57,924 bases of DNA from an uncultured Bacteroidales bacterium (GCA_900319925.1 ONQE01000026.1:1-57924), one strand, 5' to 3'. Shown: positions 26,601-36,384, counted from the stretch's first letter. Program-made: numbers and translations. The notes: generated by a model not told the origin, from the letters alone.

Positions 26601-29600
26601 TACTACGTCCCCTCCCAAGATGATTTGGCTGCTGCTGTGAACAGCGCCATTACCACCACCTGCGGCAATACGGTGACCCTCATCAACATCAATCCTGCCG
26701 CCGGCTCGCTGATTGATGCCACCACGACCGTTACGGCTACTGCGACGGATATGTGCGGCAATACGGAAACCGTCAACATCGAGGTTACCGTTCCGACCGT
26801 CACCTTCTCCATTGATCCTACTACGGAGACCTTCACGCTTCCTTACGGTGCTGCCACCATGGACGTCACGCTTACGAGCACTCCCAGCTTCGAGCCGAGC
26901 GATCTCCCCTACACTTTTGAGAACAACCTCCAAAACCCGCTGGGTGTAGGTACGCATAACATTACGTGGACACTGAAGGACGAGTGCGGCAATCCTATCA
27001 CCACCGCTGTCGAAGAGGTCAATGTTGTCCTCCCCGAATGTGAGGATGCGGTCACCCTCGACGGTTACGACTATCCGGTGGTGCGCGTCGGCTACGACTG
27101 CTGGTTCAAGGAGAACGTGAAGGCCACTACCGATATTGCGGATGTCGTTGCCTACAAGAATGATCCTGATACCTACAAAGACAAATTCGGCATGCTCTAC
27201 ACTTGGTATGCTGCCGTGGCGGCAGAACCCGAAACGGGCAGCGAAGAAGGCGGTTCCGGCTCCGGCCCCGCTTTGATGATGCCGATGCCGATCCCGCCGG
27301 TGAATCCTTCCGAACGCACCCAGGGTATCTGTCCTGAGGGCTGGGCCATCCCGACCGTGGAGGATTTCCAGCGTCTATTCGTCGCTGCTGGAAGCAATGT
27401 CGCCTACCTAAAAGATCTGGATGCGACCACCTGGACAACCGGCAAATGCGGCATAGAGCCCTCTACCGGCTTCAATCTCCGCGGCGCCGGCTACTACCTC
27501 AGCAGCATCGCCGCTTTCCAGGATTTGCTCAGCAACACCCGTTTCTGGACCGACAAGGCCGGCTCAACGGCCAACAAGGCCATCTGCTGTGAGTTCAACT
27601 ACTACTGCGACGAACCCATGTTCAAGGAGATTTCTTCATTCGACAAGGTGAGCGTGCGTTGTATCAAGATCAACAGCGAGGAACTTCCTACGCCTCCTCC
27701 TGCCGAATGCCCGACCATCGGCACCCCCACCATCGAATTCATTGACGAGAACACCACGAGTTACCATTACGATATTAGTAAACTCACGTTGAAAATCTCC
27801 ACACCCATCATTGATTACGATGATGATATGGTTGGCAACGCTACCTATTACGCCTATTATACCACCCCTGGGCATAACTATCCTGTCAATCATGCCATTA
27901 ACAATCCTGAATATGTTTATGCATATTTCACGGAGGATGGCGTTTTTGTGGCTGAAATTCAAGGTCGTGATGACAACTTCCTTGGACAGTTGGGCCAAAT
28001 TGGTGAAATTACAATCTCTTTGAAGGTCGCTATTAACTGTGCAATGGATGGTGTCGAATGGAGTGAAAGTGTGCCGTTCACGCCTGCGACGGATTGCCCG
28101 GCCTATGAAATTTCTCCTGTAGCGGAGAAACTTCTCGACTATATCGGGGTCACTGCTTACATTAATGACTTCACTTCCGGTTCCGTGAATGAGAACTCCG
28201 TTAGCTGGAATGTTACTTCCGACGCTGGCGTTTCCAAGACCTACACGCCTGCCAACAACAGTGGAAATGATATTAGTGTATCCGTGACTCTTGGCCAGGT
28301 GTCCTGGCAGGAGATTACGCTTTCTTGGAATCAAGTGGCTGCAGATTTCGGTGAACCCGCCACGCTCACGTTCGTCCCCTCCATGGGCACCACGTGCGAA
28401 GGAAACCCTGTCACGGTCACTGGTTTCCCCGCTACCTTCCCGATTGCGCCCGTTTCAACGGATGATTGCCCGACGTTTGAAGATGATGAGTTTGAGGTCA
28501 CCTTGGAGAACGGCCAGTACATCGCTGAAATTCCGTTCGAATTCGAAGGAACTGGTAATGTGAGTGTGAATGGAGAATATTATACTGCGCCTTATACGAT
28601 CGCTCCCCTCAAATACGACTTGAATGGTGATATGTATCATGTTACTGATAATACGATTTTCGTTCACATTCCGGTTAATGCATCGGGCCTTTCCGGCGAA
28701 TTGAGCGAGGGTCAGTCTCTTAACATTAACATCAGTATCGATTATCCTGACTGTTCCGGCGCATTGATCTCAGGCGCCTACGAGGCTCCCGCCGCCCCTG
28801 TTGAATGCCCGACGATGGGAGAAATCAATGCGGAACCCGGTACCACCAATAACACCTATATTTTCACTGCACAGGTGGGCAATTATGACCCGAACGAATT
28901 TTATGCTTTTACCATTATTACCACGAAACATATTACCACAGGAAATATTCATATGCAGTATCCTGAAATAATTAGCTATAATTCTGATCAAGCTGATTAT
29001 TCCAACTATGTGAGTAATGAGGGAGTCATTACGTATGTTGCAGATATCGTAGATGTTACAGGTGACATATATGATTCTATTCTTGTGACCTTTAGAATCA
29101 ACATGCCAGGGACGGATTGCGAGATGGCGTACAGCATTCGCAAGGTGGAGTTTGAGCAACCCGACGTTGAATGCCCGATGATTACCGACAATGTGTTCGG
29201 GTTGGAGAAGGTCAATAGTTATTATGCTGTTATAGATTACGAAGGCGGTTCCGGCAACGAGACGGTCAGTGGATACTACTATACCACGAGTAATACCGAA
29301 GAAATTGACTTCCAATTGAATGAAACTTTGTGGCTTGATAAGACTGAACATACCATTACTGTTACTATCCCGTTTGCGAATGTCGAACTTGAAGAGGGTG
29401 AGTACCTTTATGTCTCGCTTACCCTTTCCGATCAAGGGTGTGAAGATATCGACATGTCCGGCGAGTACTTTGAGGAACCCGAAGAGGAACCCGTTCCTGA
29501 ATGCCCGAATACTGAATATACTGAGCTTGATTTGGAAAAGGGCAATAGCTATTATGTTCAAATTCCCTACACAGGCGGTTCCGGCAACGAGACGGTCAGT

Positions 29601-30224
29601 GGTGTCTACTTTATAGGTGAAGTTATGGGCGAAACTAATAATCCTCTTAATAATCAATCCTTAGTGCTTGATAAAACGAACAAAACCATTACGGTTTCTA
29701 TTCCGTTTACGGAAGTCACCCTTAATCCGGGACAGACACTTGGAGTTGTGCTTACCCTTTCCGATGATAATTGTGATGGTGTAACCATATACTCTCAGTA
29801 CACGGAGCCCACTGTTTCTGTTGAATGCCCGAGCATGGGTGCTTCGAATCTGCCAGAAACCATCACCCTTAGCGATCTCACCATCACCACTCCCGTTACT
29901 GACTTGGCGGATCTGAGCGTTGTCACCAGCTACGGTTACCATATTGTAGCAGATGTTAATATGCCCAATGCTGATCCTATTACCTATGAAATTACGGTGG
30001 ACCAAGCCACTACGCAAGTGAATGTGCAATTGACCACCTCTCAACTCAGTATTTCCGCTAACTTGCTTGGCTTAGTTCCTGCTGAATACCAGAACTTTTT
30101 GCCGATGTTGCTTCAGAGTGGGTATGCATTTGTCAACATTACGCCGTTCATCACGGTGTCCGACACTTCCTGTGGTGTTAACGGTGAAATCACTGGCGAA
30201 ACGATAGTCTATCCGGAACCCTAA
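23694..30224 (+). CDS. 2176-aa secreted modular surface protein: Gly-rich N-terminus, Ig/PKD/HYR-like repeats, one Fib_succ_major domain, seven divergent C-terminal Cys-bracketed modules
   Basis: Signal ending ATAQ; IGAGGGGG..GGGGGAY region; ASGADTYLWSNG/YTVTGVDANGC repeats; DGYDYPVVRVGYDCWFKEN..GMLYTW..GICPEGW..SVRC; seven [E/D]CP-led modules. Confidence 0.85.
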   Translation: MKKVTTLLRGFFLLVCCLAIASLATAQTNWGGWCYRDYSSDGTFTVPANCTQLYIEAIGAGGGGGNAVAPSILTPNHTSTGTGGGGGAYARKHVTNPSGNYTITIGVGGGPAAAGGATTVTGTGCSITAGGGQPGQSDIHGTGSTGTGGSGGSASGGDANHSGGRGGKVCDNRDSEAGSLHDRVGSGAGGGGSVHGLSNNYSSVSTWYKGGNGGAGQNGGSGWGNGDTGGYPGGGGSGARTKGYQGDKSGGRGANGFVRVWFYTEKSEPLTVSIENQSTTCPYTLKATTSNYLFTNTLQWNTGATGSTLANLSPSSNTTYSATVTDKHNYASHTCQITSTASIEVNKCQDCGVTIASATASASEVCVGGPSFLSATLESVDDNASYAWSVNNYNAGTNTSLNYMVTPTSTTTYTIKVTITKGTCTASDTRNITVAVNDRVDPTFASLFNDGYCASTLPAVDDLPTTSDNSITGTWAYSTSDSTYTFTPAAGQCANKFTKKVTISDDPTPGTIEPDIVVCDNQTIYTFNNATSAAGGINGSYAWQVSLDQNTWAPIPNANSAQYAPMTDLTAMATLLDANATGTFYFRRAWTNGCGDVYSNVLSLDNPGTLTPGSLTADGDQTGAYCADVAVTATLTAHPNAAGLPNATFSVKWQKKDSNGDWVDIPSAEGYTYMVSLDPVQEGSYRYLAKYSSCDWMTSNNTYDITVKELPDVKINNELQAAVSLCAGGSVEVTASGADTYLWSNGGTTATVTLTAPETYTVVGTLNGCENEATVTVTEKALPTVKINGESAYTLEKCAGATVELTATGAVDYTWSPADGLTITDAEHGSTATLTGTGNYTVTGVDANGCSNTATAAITESALPVVNSITAPTDLCPGKTSYELQADITSSAAIDTYTWGGNATGSTATGTVTATLPNCGQTYSYSLKVTDEKGCESAVKTGSFTTTTPTMTIGTISSMEAVKSAENCKYYVPSQDDLAAAVNSAITTTCGNTVTLININPAAGSLIDATTTVTATATDMCGNTETVNIEVTVPTVTFSIDPTTETFTLPYGAATMDVTLTSTPSFEPSDLPYTFENNLQNPLGVGTHNITWTLKDECGNPITTAVEEVNVVLPECEDAVTLDGYDYPVVRVGYDCWFKENVKATTDIADVVAYKNDPDTYKDKFGMLYTWYAAVAAEPETGSEEGGSGSGPALMMPMPIPPVNPSERTQGICPEGWAIPTVEDFQRLFVAAGSNVAYLKDLDATTWTTGKCGIEPSTGFNLRGAGYYLSSIAAFQDLLSNTRFWTDKAGSTANKAICCEFNYYCDEPMFKEISSFDKVSVRCIKINSEELPTPPPAECPTIGTPTIEFIDENTTSYHYDISKLTLKISTPIIDYDDDMVGNATYYAYYTTPGHNYPVNHAINNPEYVYAYFTEDGVFVAEIQGRDDNFLGQLGQIGEITISLKVAINCAMDGVEWSESVPFTPATDCPAYEISPVAEKLLDYIGVTAYINDFTSGSVNENSVSWNVTSDAGVSKTYTPANNSGNDISVSVTLGQVSWQEITLSWNQVAADFGEPATLTFVPSMGTTCEGNPVTVTGFPATFPIAPVSTDDCPTFEDDEFEVTLENGQYIAEIPFEFEGTGNVSVNGEYYTAPYTIAPLKYDLNGDMYHVTDNTIFVHIPVNASGLSGELSEGQSLNINISIDYPDCSGALISGAYEAPAAPVECPTMGEINAEPGTTNNTYIFTAQVGNYDPNEFYAFTIITTKHITTGNIHMQYPEIISYNSDQADYSNYVSNEGVITYVADIVDVTGDIYDSILVTFRINMPGTDCEMAYSIRKVEFEQPDVECPMITDNVFGLEKVNSYYAVIDYEGGSGNETVSGYYYTTSNTEEIDFQLNETLWLDKTEHTITVTIPFANVELEEGEYLYVSLTLSDQGCEDIDMSGEYFEEPEEEPVPECPNTEYTELDLEKGNSYYVQIPYTGGSGNETVSGVYFIGEVMGETNNPLNNQSLVLDKTNKTITVSIPFTEVTLNPGQTLGVVLTLSDDNCDGVTIYSQYTEPTVSVECPSMGASNLPETITLSDLTITTPVTDLADLSVVTSYGYHIVADVNMPNADPITYEITVDQATTQVNVQLTTSQLSISANLLGLVPAEYQNFLPMLLQSGYAFVNITPFITVSDTSCGVNGEITGETIVYPEP

Positions 30225-30332
30225 TGATGATTGCCTAAATGAAACCGTGAAGATTTTGGGCAGAAGGGTGTTGATGAATAGAGAGTCCCTCCCTCCGCCC
30301 TTAAGACAGAAAGTGCATTAAGAATATAAAGT

Positions 30333-30361
30333 AAGGGCGTGGCCGCGAGCCGCGCCCTTTT
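30333..30361 (+). terminator. Intrinsic terminator
   Basis: aagggcgtggc-cgcga-gccgcgccctttt. Confidence 0.75.
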
Positions 30362-30437
30362 GGTTCAATTTTCTTAATTTTGCCATCCGCCCTTGTGGAT
30401 GATTTGATTATATTAATTAATTGCAGATGAAATTGTT

Positions 30438-32126
30438 ATGAAATGTATTAAACTTATCCTTTCCATTGTTTTGTTCGCCGTGACCCTCACGCTTTCCGCC
30501 CAGGACACCGCGCTCACCTATCCAGCCACGTATGTGGAGACCGTCTTGGACGCTGCCACGCTACAGGCGCTGTCGCACACTTTTTCCGTGGACAAGGTGC
30601 GACGCCATGCCGACAACACCTTCGATACGCGCATCAGCTTGTCTTATAAGGAGTTCGACGCTTTCCGGGCGTTGGGCATCCCCTACACGGTGGCACCGCG
30701 TTCCCGTGCATACGTGCAGATGGCGCAGAATTACGACGAGATGACCTCCACCTGGAGACGTTACCCCACGTACAGCACCTATCTTGCTATGATGGATACG
30801 TTCAGGACACGCTATCCGTCGCTCTGCGAGATCGACACGATATTGTACGAAACGCCTGCGCACCACCGCATTCTCTGCGCCCACATCAGCAACAACCTCA
30901 GCGACCACGAGGGCAAGCCGTCGGTGTTCTACACCTCGACCATCCACGGTGATGAGGTGGTGGGTTACTATATGATGCTGCGACTGATCGACTATCTGCT
31001 TGCCAATTACAATACGGACAGCCGCGTCACGGAGCTGGTTGATCAGGTGGATCTCTGGATTTGCCCCCTGCACAATCCGGATGGCACCTACTACACCTCC
31101 AACAACCAGATCAACGAATCGCCCGTCTCCATCCGCTACAACCGCCATTATGAGGATCTTAACCGCTCGTTCCCGCATGCCGGACAGCCTGCGAAAAGCG
31201 ATTACGAACCCGAGGTGGAGGCGATGATGACCTTTATGGCCGCGCACAATTTCACGCTTGCGGCCAACTTCCACGGCGGTGCGGAGGTGTTCAACTATCC
31301 GTGGGACACGTGGACCACGTGGCAGCACAGCCACGCCGATGCCGCGTGGTGGGAGTATGTGGGCCACCGTTTCGCCGACACGTGCCAGCACTACAACAGC
31401 AGTTACATGAACGAGGAGGACGACGGGGTCACGCCGGGAGGCGACTGGTACGTCATTGAGGGTTCTATGCAGGACTACCACAACTGGTATCTCGGCACCC
31501 GCCATGTCACGATCGAGGTGTCTGACGACAAGGTTTTGTCAACCAACTATTTGCCGAGCTATTGGGGCTATATCCGCTCCTCGCTGCTGAACTTCATCGA
31601 CGATTCGCGTCACGGCATCCACGGGACGGTCACCGATTCGATTACGGGCGAGCCGTTGGAGGCGCTCGTCTACATTGCTAACCACGATCTGGACCACTCC
31701 TACGTGGAGTCGGTGCTGCCTCACGGCGACTATCACCGTCCGATCAAGGCCGGACAATACTCGGTCACCTATTCGGCGGACGGCTATCTTCCGAAAACGA
31801 TTGTCACCCAAGTCGCGGACGGGCAGACCGTTCTCCAGAATGTGCAGCTGACCAAGACGGTCGGTATCGAGGATTACGAGAGTTGCATTGCCCTTTATCC
31901 CAACCCTGCAAAGGATTTCGTGACGGTAGAAATCAGCGGTGATTTGGAAATCGCCAACATCGCTCTATACGATGTCAACGGCCGTATGGTCAGGACGAAT
32001 CCTTATTCGCCCCTGCAGAGCGGGAGCGTTAAATTGGATGTTCACGATTTGTACTCCGGTACCTACATCCTCCATCTTAAAACCGCGGATGGTCGCGAAA
32101 TCATCCGCAAGATTGCAAAACAATAG
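30438..32126 (+). CDS. M14 zinc carboxypeptidase with CarboxypepD_reg-like domain and T9SS type A sorting domain
   Basis: STIHGDE, NPDG, DLNRSFP, NFHGGAEVFNYPWD, GDWYVIEGSMQD, TIE; C-terminal LYPNPAKD..SGTYILHL..RKIAKQ. Confidence 0.92.
   Translation: MKCIKLILSIVLFAVTLTLSAQDTALTYPATYVETVLDAATLQALSHTFSVDKVRRHADNTFDTRISLSYKEFDAFRALGIPYTVAPRSRAYVQMAQNYDEMTSTWRRYPTYSTYLAMMDTFRTRYPSLCEIDTILYETPAHHRILCAHISNNLSDHEGKPSVFYTSTIHGDEVVGYYMMLRLIDYLLANYNTDSRVTELVDQVDLWICPLHNPDGTYYTSNNQINESPVSIRYNRHYEDLNRSFPHAGQPAKSDYEPEVEAMMTFMAAHNFTLAANFHGGAEVFNYPWDTWTTWQHSHADAAWWEYVGHRFADTCQHYNSSYMNEEDDGVTPGGDWYVIEGSMQDYHNWYLGTRHVTIEVSDDKVLSTNYLPSYWGYIRSSLLNFIDDSRHGIHGTVTDSITGEPLEALVYIANHDLDHSYVESVLPHGDYHRPIKAGQYSVTYSADGYLPKTIVTQVADGQTVLQNVQLTKTVGIEDYESCIALYPNPAKDFVTVEISGDLEIANIALYDVNGRMVRTNPYSPLQSGSVKLDVHDLYSGTYILHLKTADGREIIRKIAKQ
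31989..32016. repeat. Degenerate GTAG-type REP-like 28-bp palindrome inside the T9SS CTD (encodes VRTNPYSPL)
   Basis: gtcaggacgaat-cctt-attcgcccctgc resembles GTAGGGGCGAAT-N4-ATTCGCCCCTAC. Confidence 0.55.
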
Positions 32127-32152
32127 CACTACGGCCCACGGCTCGCCAAAAG

Positions 32153-32187
32153 AAAACGGGACCAACAATTGCTGTCGGTCCCGTTTT
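32153..32187. terminator. Bidirectional terminator between convergent genes
   Basis: aaaacgggacc ... ggtcccgtttt. Confidence 0.75.
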
Positions 32188-32212
32188 GTTATCGGAAAGG
32201 GTTATGTAACCT

Positions 32213-33925
32213 TTACTTCTTGATGATTTTGTGCATGGAGGTGCCGTTTTCGGTCGTCAGCTTCAGGGTGTAGAGACCGTTGGCGAGATCCTTCACGGAG
32301 ATGGTGTGCACATCGCCGGCCTCGGCCTTCACAAGCTGGCCTTGGATGTTGAAGATCTCCACGCGTTGCACTTGGCTGCCGCTGTTGATGGTGAGCACAT
32401 CGGTGGCCGGGTTCGGATAGACGGTGGTGTTCTCCATCGTGACCTCCTCGATACTGGCAGGGACGCTCACATCAATCAAATAGGTGGCCTGGGAACCGAA
32501 ATTGCCGTTGTCACGGAAAATGCGGCTGCCGTCCCCGTTGAGCAACTCGAAATATCCGCTGCCGTAGCCGGAGTTGATACCGTCACCGTATTGGTCATAC
32601 ACTTCCAGTCTGTAGCAACCGACCACGGGCGGGTTGAACGCGAAAGTATGCACGGTGGAGGTGTTCGAGAAAGGACCGCCGGAAAGGACAACCGCGCCGT
32701 CAGGTCCGAAAATCTTGAAGGTTGTTTCAGAACCGTAATTGTCGGTCTTCAGGTTGAAGACCATATTTCCACCACCCGTATAGACACTCTTCTTGAAGGT
32801 CAGTGATTTCGGGGACGTTGTGACAGCTGTGCCGTCGATATTGGTGACTTCCACTTGAACCGTGTTGTTTTGGTTCAGGTTGACGGTGATGGTGGGCATG
32901 GCGATTATTGCCGATGCCATGGGGGCGATGTTGCCTGTCCAAGAGCCGGTGAACGCTGTTCCGTTAACCGTGTAAGAGTAGTTCAATCCCGTGATTGCGG
33001 ACGAACCGAGGTTTCTGAAGTCAAAACTGGTGGAAGCGGTGTTGGCACAAGAGAGGTCGCCGTTGTCAATCACTCTCAAGATGCGGCCGCCGATGGCTGG
33101 CACGTTGTTTAATTGGATGGGGACTTCAATGCCGGTGAGCACTTCCTGGTGACCTTCGCAGACAAAGGCAACCACGGTAAGATCCTCAAGCAGAGCGTCG
33201 ATGGCATTGGGTGAACCCAATTGCTCCGGAATCACATATTCGTAATTCTTCTCCACCAAGTTTCCCACAGCGAGGTTGTCGATAGTTTCGCCCCATTGGC
33301 CAGTAATGAGGTGGCGTAGCATGTGCATGTGCATGTATAGGTCGCCCACCACTTGGTCGGGGTTTTTCTCCTTGCCCACTTGCGGACCCAGCACGTTGTC
33401 CTGCATGATGGCAACGTTCAGCGCATTGGAAGTCACCGTCTGGGCAGCGGTGTAATAGAGCTGGACACGGATATTCAGTGTGCGGGTGCTCCAGTCGATA
33501 GTGGCTTCAGCTCCGATGTTCACCGGAGATGACTGGTTCAGGATGGTGTTGGCGGCACTGGCCCAGTCACCTCTGCCTAAGGCGGTCACACTGCCGGAGA
33601 AGACATGGCGGTTGACCGTTCCGGAAGGATATCCGTCCAAACCGGTTTGGTTTGCCAATGCGTTGCCGAACTGTGTGGTGTAGGTGTTCGCCGCGAAGCT
33701 GCCTTGGTGGATGTTGATGAGGCAGACTCTGCCGGGGTGCGAGGCCTTGAGCTGGTTTGCGCGCTTGTGGCCGTCAGGGCACCAAGTGCAGTTGACGCCG
33801 GTGTATTCCTCCAGCACGACGTTCTTGTTGGAGGGAGTGGTGGACACAATGGTGTCGGAGACTTGCGCGGAGGCGAACATCGTGGTCAGCATCGCCGCGA
33901 CTAAAAGAAGTAACGTTTTCTTCAT
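32213..33925 (-). CDS. Omp28-related outer membrane protein with T9SS type A sorting domain
   Basis: KNVVLEEYTGVNCTWCPDGH, GYPSGTVNRH, HMHMLRHLITGQWG; C-terminal VYPNPATD..NGLYTLK..HKIIKK. Confidence 0.9.
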   Translation of the reverse strand: MKKTLLLLVAAMLTTMFASAQVSDTIVSTTPSNKNVVLEEYTGVNCTWCPDGHKRANQLKASHPGRVCLINIHQGSFAANTYTTQFGNALANQTGLDGYPSGTVNRHVFSGSVTALGRGDWASAANTILNQSSPVNIGAEATIDWSTRTLNIRVQLYYTAAQTVTSNALNVAIMQDNVLGPQVGKEKNPDQVVGDLYMHMHMLRHLITGQWGETIDNLAVGNLVEKNYEYVIPEQLGSPNAIDALLEDLTVVAFVCEGHQEVLTGIEVPIQLNNVPAIGGRILRVIDNGDLSCANTASTSFDFRNLGSSAITGLNYSYTVNGTAFTGSWTGNIAPMASAIIAMPTITVNLNQNNTVQVEVTNIDGTAVTTSPKSLTFKKSVYTGGGNMVFNLKTDNYGSETTFKIFGPDGAVVLSGGPFSNTSTVHTFAFNPPVVGCYRLEVYDQYGDGINSGYGSGYFELLNGDGSRIFRDNGNFGSQATYLIDVSVPASIEEVTMENTTVYPNPATDVLTINSGSQVQRVEIFNIQGQLVKAEAGDVHTISVKDLANGLYTLKLTTENGTSMHKIIKK

Positions 33926-34030
33926 ACTTTTGATTTTTTATGTGATTAATTGTTTCGAATTTTTAACCGCGCAAAAATACACTTTTGTTTTAAAAAAGTC
34001 AATGGTCAACTATATTTTTTTTGCGAGTCG

Positions 34031-35302
34031 TTATTTCAGCACCAATTGGATGGTGTGACGGTTGCTCTGGCGTATCAGCACCTCTTCATCGCGGAACATA
34101 TCCAGCACAACACGTTCGGAATCGGCATCAAAGTGGCGGATGGTCACCAATCGGATGCCGTCGTTGAATTTCACCACGAACTCTTTGCTCAAGGCATCGA
34201 TGCAGGGCTGGAGCCGCATGGGAACGTTGTCGGTGCAGACTGAGAAGGTGAGCGCGGAGTTCTGTATCAGGTTGATTTTCACGCGGTAGTCGGATAGGAT
34301 GTCCAAGATTTTGGAGAGGTTTTCCACGCCGATGATGGAGAAGTCGCGCGGGGAGACCGAAATCAGCAGCTGGTTGTCTTTCACAATGTAGGACGGAATG
34401 TCTACGGATTCAGCCTCTTGCGAGATTTTGCTGCCCTCGTTCTCGGGATGGAAGAAGGATTTCACGAACAAGGGTATCTGCTTGTTGTGCAGCGGCCTGA
34501 GGGTCTTCGGGTGGATGACGCTGGCACCGTAATAGGCCAGCTCCACGGTTTCGTGGTAGGTCAGGGTGTCGATTTTGACGGCGTCGGGGAACCGTTTCGG
34601 GTCGGCGTTGAGGATGCCGGGCACGTCCTTCCATACGGTGACGCATTCGGCATCCAGCGTGTAGGCCATGATGGCGGCGGAGTAGTCGGAACCCTCGCGT
34701 CCCAACGTGGTGGTCTGGTTTTCGGCCGTACCCGCGATGAAGCCCTGCGTCAGCGCGATGCCGTGCGGTCGGTTCTGGAAGTAGGGTAGGATGGTGTTGC
34801 GGACCAGCTTTTCGGTCACGGCCCAATCGACGTGTCCCTCGCGGTAGATGTTGTCGGTGCGGACGAGCTGTCGCGCATCAAGCCATTGCGTTTCAATGCC
34901 TTGAGTGTTCAGGTAGGTGGCTATTAACGTGGTGGAGAGCAGTTCGCCGAAGCTCACGATGCGATCGTAGTCGTAGTCGAAATTGTCGGAGGTCGGGCGT
35001 TGCAGCTGCTCGGTCAGCAGGGTGAAGAGTCGTTCGGAGTGCGGCAGGAAGGGGTTGTCGGCGCCCATGAGCTGTTCCGAAACCGTTTCGTGCTGTGCGC
35101 GGAGCTCCGCCACCAAAGCGGGCACCCTTTCCGGGGTGTGGCAGTAGGCGTCGAGCACCTTCTCCAAAAAGTTGGTGGTCTTGCCCATGGCGGAAATCAC
35201 CACCACTAACTGCTCGTTGTCGTAACGTTGCAGGATGTTTTTCAGATTTTCAATGGCTGGGGCATCCTTCACCGAGGCGCCGCCGAATTTGAAGACTTTC
35301 AT
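34031..35302 (-). CDS. lysC: Aspartate kinase
   Basis: MKVFKFGGASV, VVISAMGKTT, TTLGREGSDYSA, WKDVPG, ELAYYGASVIHPKT, ACT-like C-terminus. Confidence 0.95.
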   Translation of the reverse strand: MKVFKFGGASVKDAPAIENLKNILQRYDNEQLVVVISAMGKTTNFLEKVLDAYCHTPERVPALVAELRAQHETVSEQLMGADNPFLPHSERLFTLLTEQLQRPTSDNFDYDYDRIVSFGELLSTTLIATYLNTQGIETQWLDARQLVRTDNIYREGHVDWAVTEKLVRNTILPYFQNRPHGIALTQGFIAGTAENQTTTLGREGSDYSAAIMAYTLDAECVTVWKDVPGILNADPKRFPDAVKIDTLTYHETVELAYYGASVIHPKTLRPLHNKQIPLFVKSFFHPENEGSKISQEAESVDIPSYIVKDNQLLISVSPRDFSIIGVENLSKILDILSDYRVKINLIQNSALTFSVCTDNVPMRLQPCIDALSKEFVVKFNDGIRLVTIRHFDADSERVVLDMFRDEEVLIRQSNRHTIQLVLK

Positions 35303-35308
35303 TGTAGG

Positions 35309-36292
35309 TTATTCGTTTTTGATGACTTGCAATAATGTCGTGCCCACCACGCCGAGTGTGTTCCGGTCGATGTGCTGGATGTTGTCGTTCACGGTGTGCC
35401 ATACGGGGTCGAAGCCGGTGCCCGAGGCCGCGTCGTAGTGGATGATGTCGATCATCTTGAACGGGGCGTACTTGTTGACGTAGTAGTGATCGTCGGTAAT
35501 CACGCCGCCGGGTTTGTTCTGGAAGTACTGCCCGTGGCCGAGGTCGTAGGCAGTGGACCAGACCTTGCGCACCACCTCCTGGGCGTCGCGCATGGAGAAC
35601 TGTTCCTGCATGAACTGCGCGTTGGGGCTGCCGACCATATCGAGGAGGATGCCGTATTCCGCTGTGTATCCTTCAATATGGGGGTTTTTCGCCCAATGTT
35701 GCGCGCCGAGTCCCCACCAGTCGCCGGGGACGTGCTCGCTTTCCCGCGGACCGTAGTCCTCCGCATCGAAAAAGACGATATCGACCCCCACATTCGGCTG
35801 GTTCTCATGCAGTTGGTGGGCAACCTCAAGGAGTACGCCCACACCGCTGGCGCCGTCGTTGGCCCCGTCGATGGGGGTCTCACGGTTGGCGGGGAGCGGG
35901 TCGTGGTCGGCGAAGGGGCGGGAGTCCCAGTGTGCCGCCAGCACGATGCGTTTCGACTTCTCCGGTGCGATGCTGCCGATGAAGTTCGTGCCCGGGTACT
36001 GCTTCCCGTCGTAGGTCTTGGCGGTGAAATGCTGGCTGTAAACGGTGTCGCAGAATGCGCGCAGCGTCGTCGCGAGCCAGTCGCCGCAGCGCTCATGCGC
36101 CTCTGTGCCCAACACGCGCGGCCCGAAGTCGGTTTGCGCTTTCACGTAGGCGTAGGCGGAATCGTGGTCGAAAGCGGGCAGAACGACGGTGGCCTTCGGG
36201 GTCTCCGTGGTGGATTTCTTGGTACGGTCGCAGGCCGCGAACAGAACGGCCGCGCCCAACAAAACCATTAGTACTTTCTTCATTTTCAGCAT
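35309..36292 (-). CDS. M28 family lipoprotein, probable glutaminyl-peptide cyclotransferase
   Basis: Lipobox FAAC; FGPRV, AHWDSRP, GANDGASGVGVLLE, FDAEDYG, LLDMVG, ITDDH, WHT..D. Confidence 0.85.
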   Translation of the reverse strand: MLKMKKVLMVLLGAAVLFAACDRTKKSTTETPKATVVLPAFDHDSAYAYVKAQTDFGPRVLGTEAHERCGDWLATTLRAFCDTVYSQHFTAKTYDGKQYPGTNFIGSIAPEKSKRIVLAAHWDSRPFADHDPLPANRETPIDGANDGASGVGVLLEVAHQLHENQPNVGVDIVFFDAEDYGPRESEHVPGDWWGLGAQHWAKNPHIEGYTAEYGILLDMVGSPNAQFMQEQFSMRDAQEVVRKVWSTAYDLGHGQYFQNKPGGVITDDHYYVNKYAPFKMIDIIHYDAASGTGFDPVWHTVNDNIQHIDRNTLGVVGTTLLQVIKNE

Positions 36293-36384
36293 ATTGCAAT
36301 AGACTATGGATGATATTCAATGTTTAAAAAAGAGGTGGCGAAGATACAAAAAAAAGATGGCTGTTGTAACAGTCATCTTTTTTG

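Noticed and set aside
27060-27670. FISUMP domain of the 2176-aa protein as a DGR template or variable repeat for the 1359-aa gene
   Set aside because: It is internal, not AAC-rich, and does not show adenine-only differences from the other FISUMP ends.
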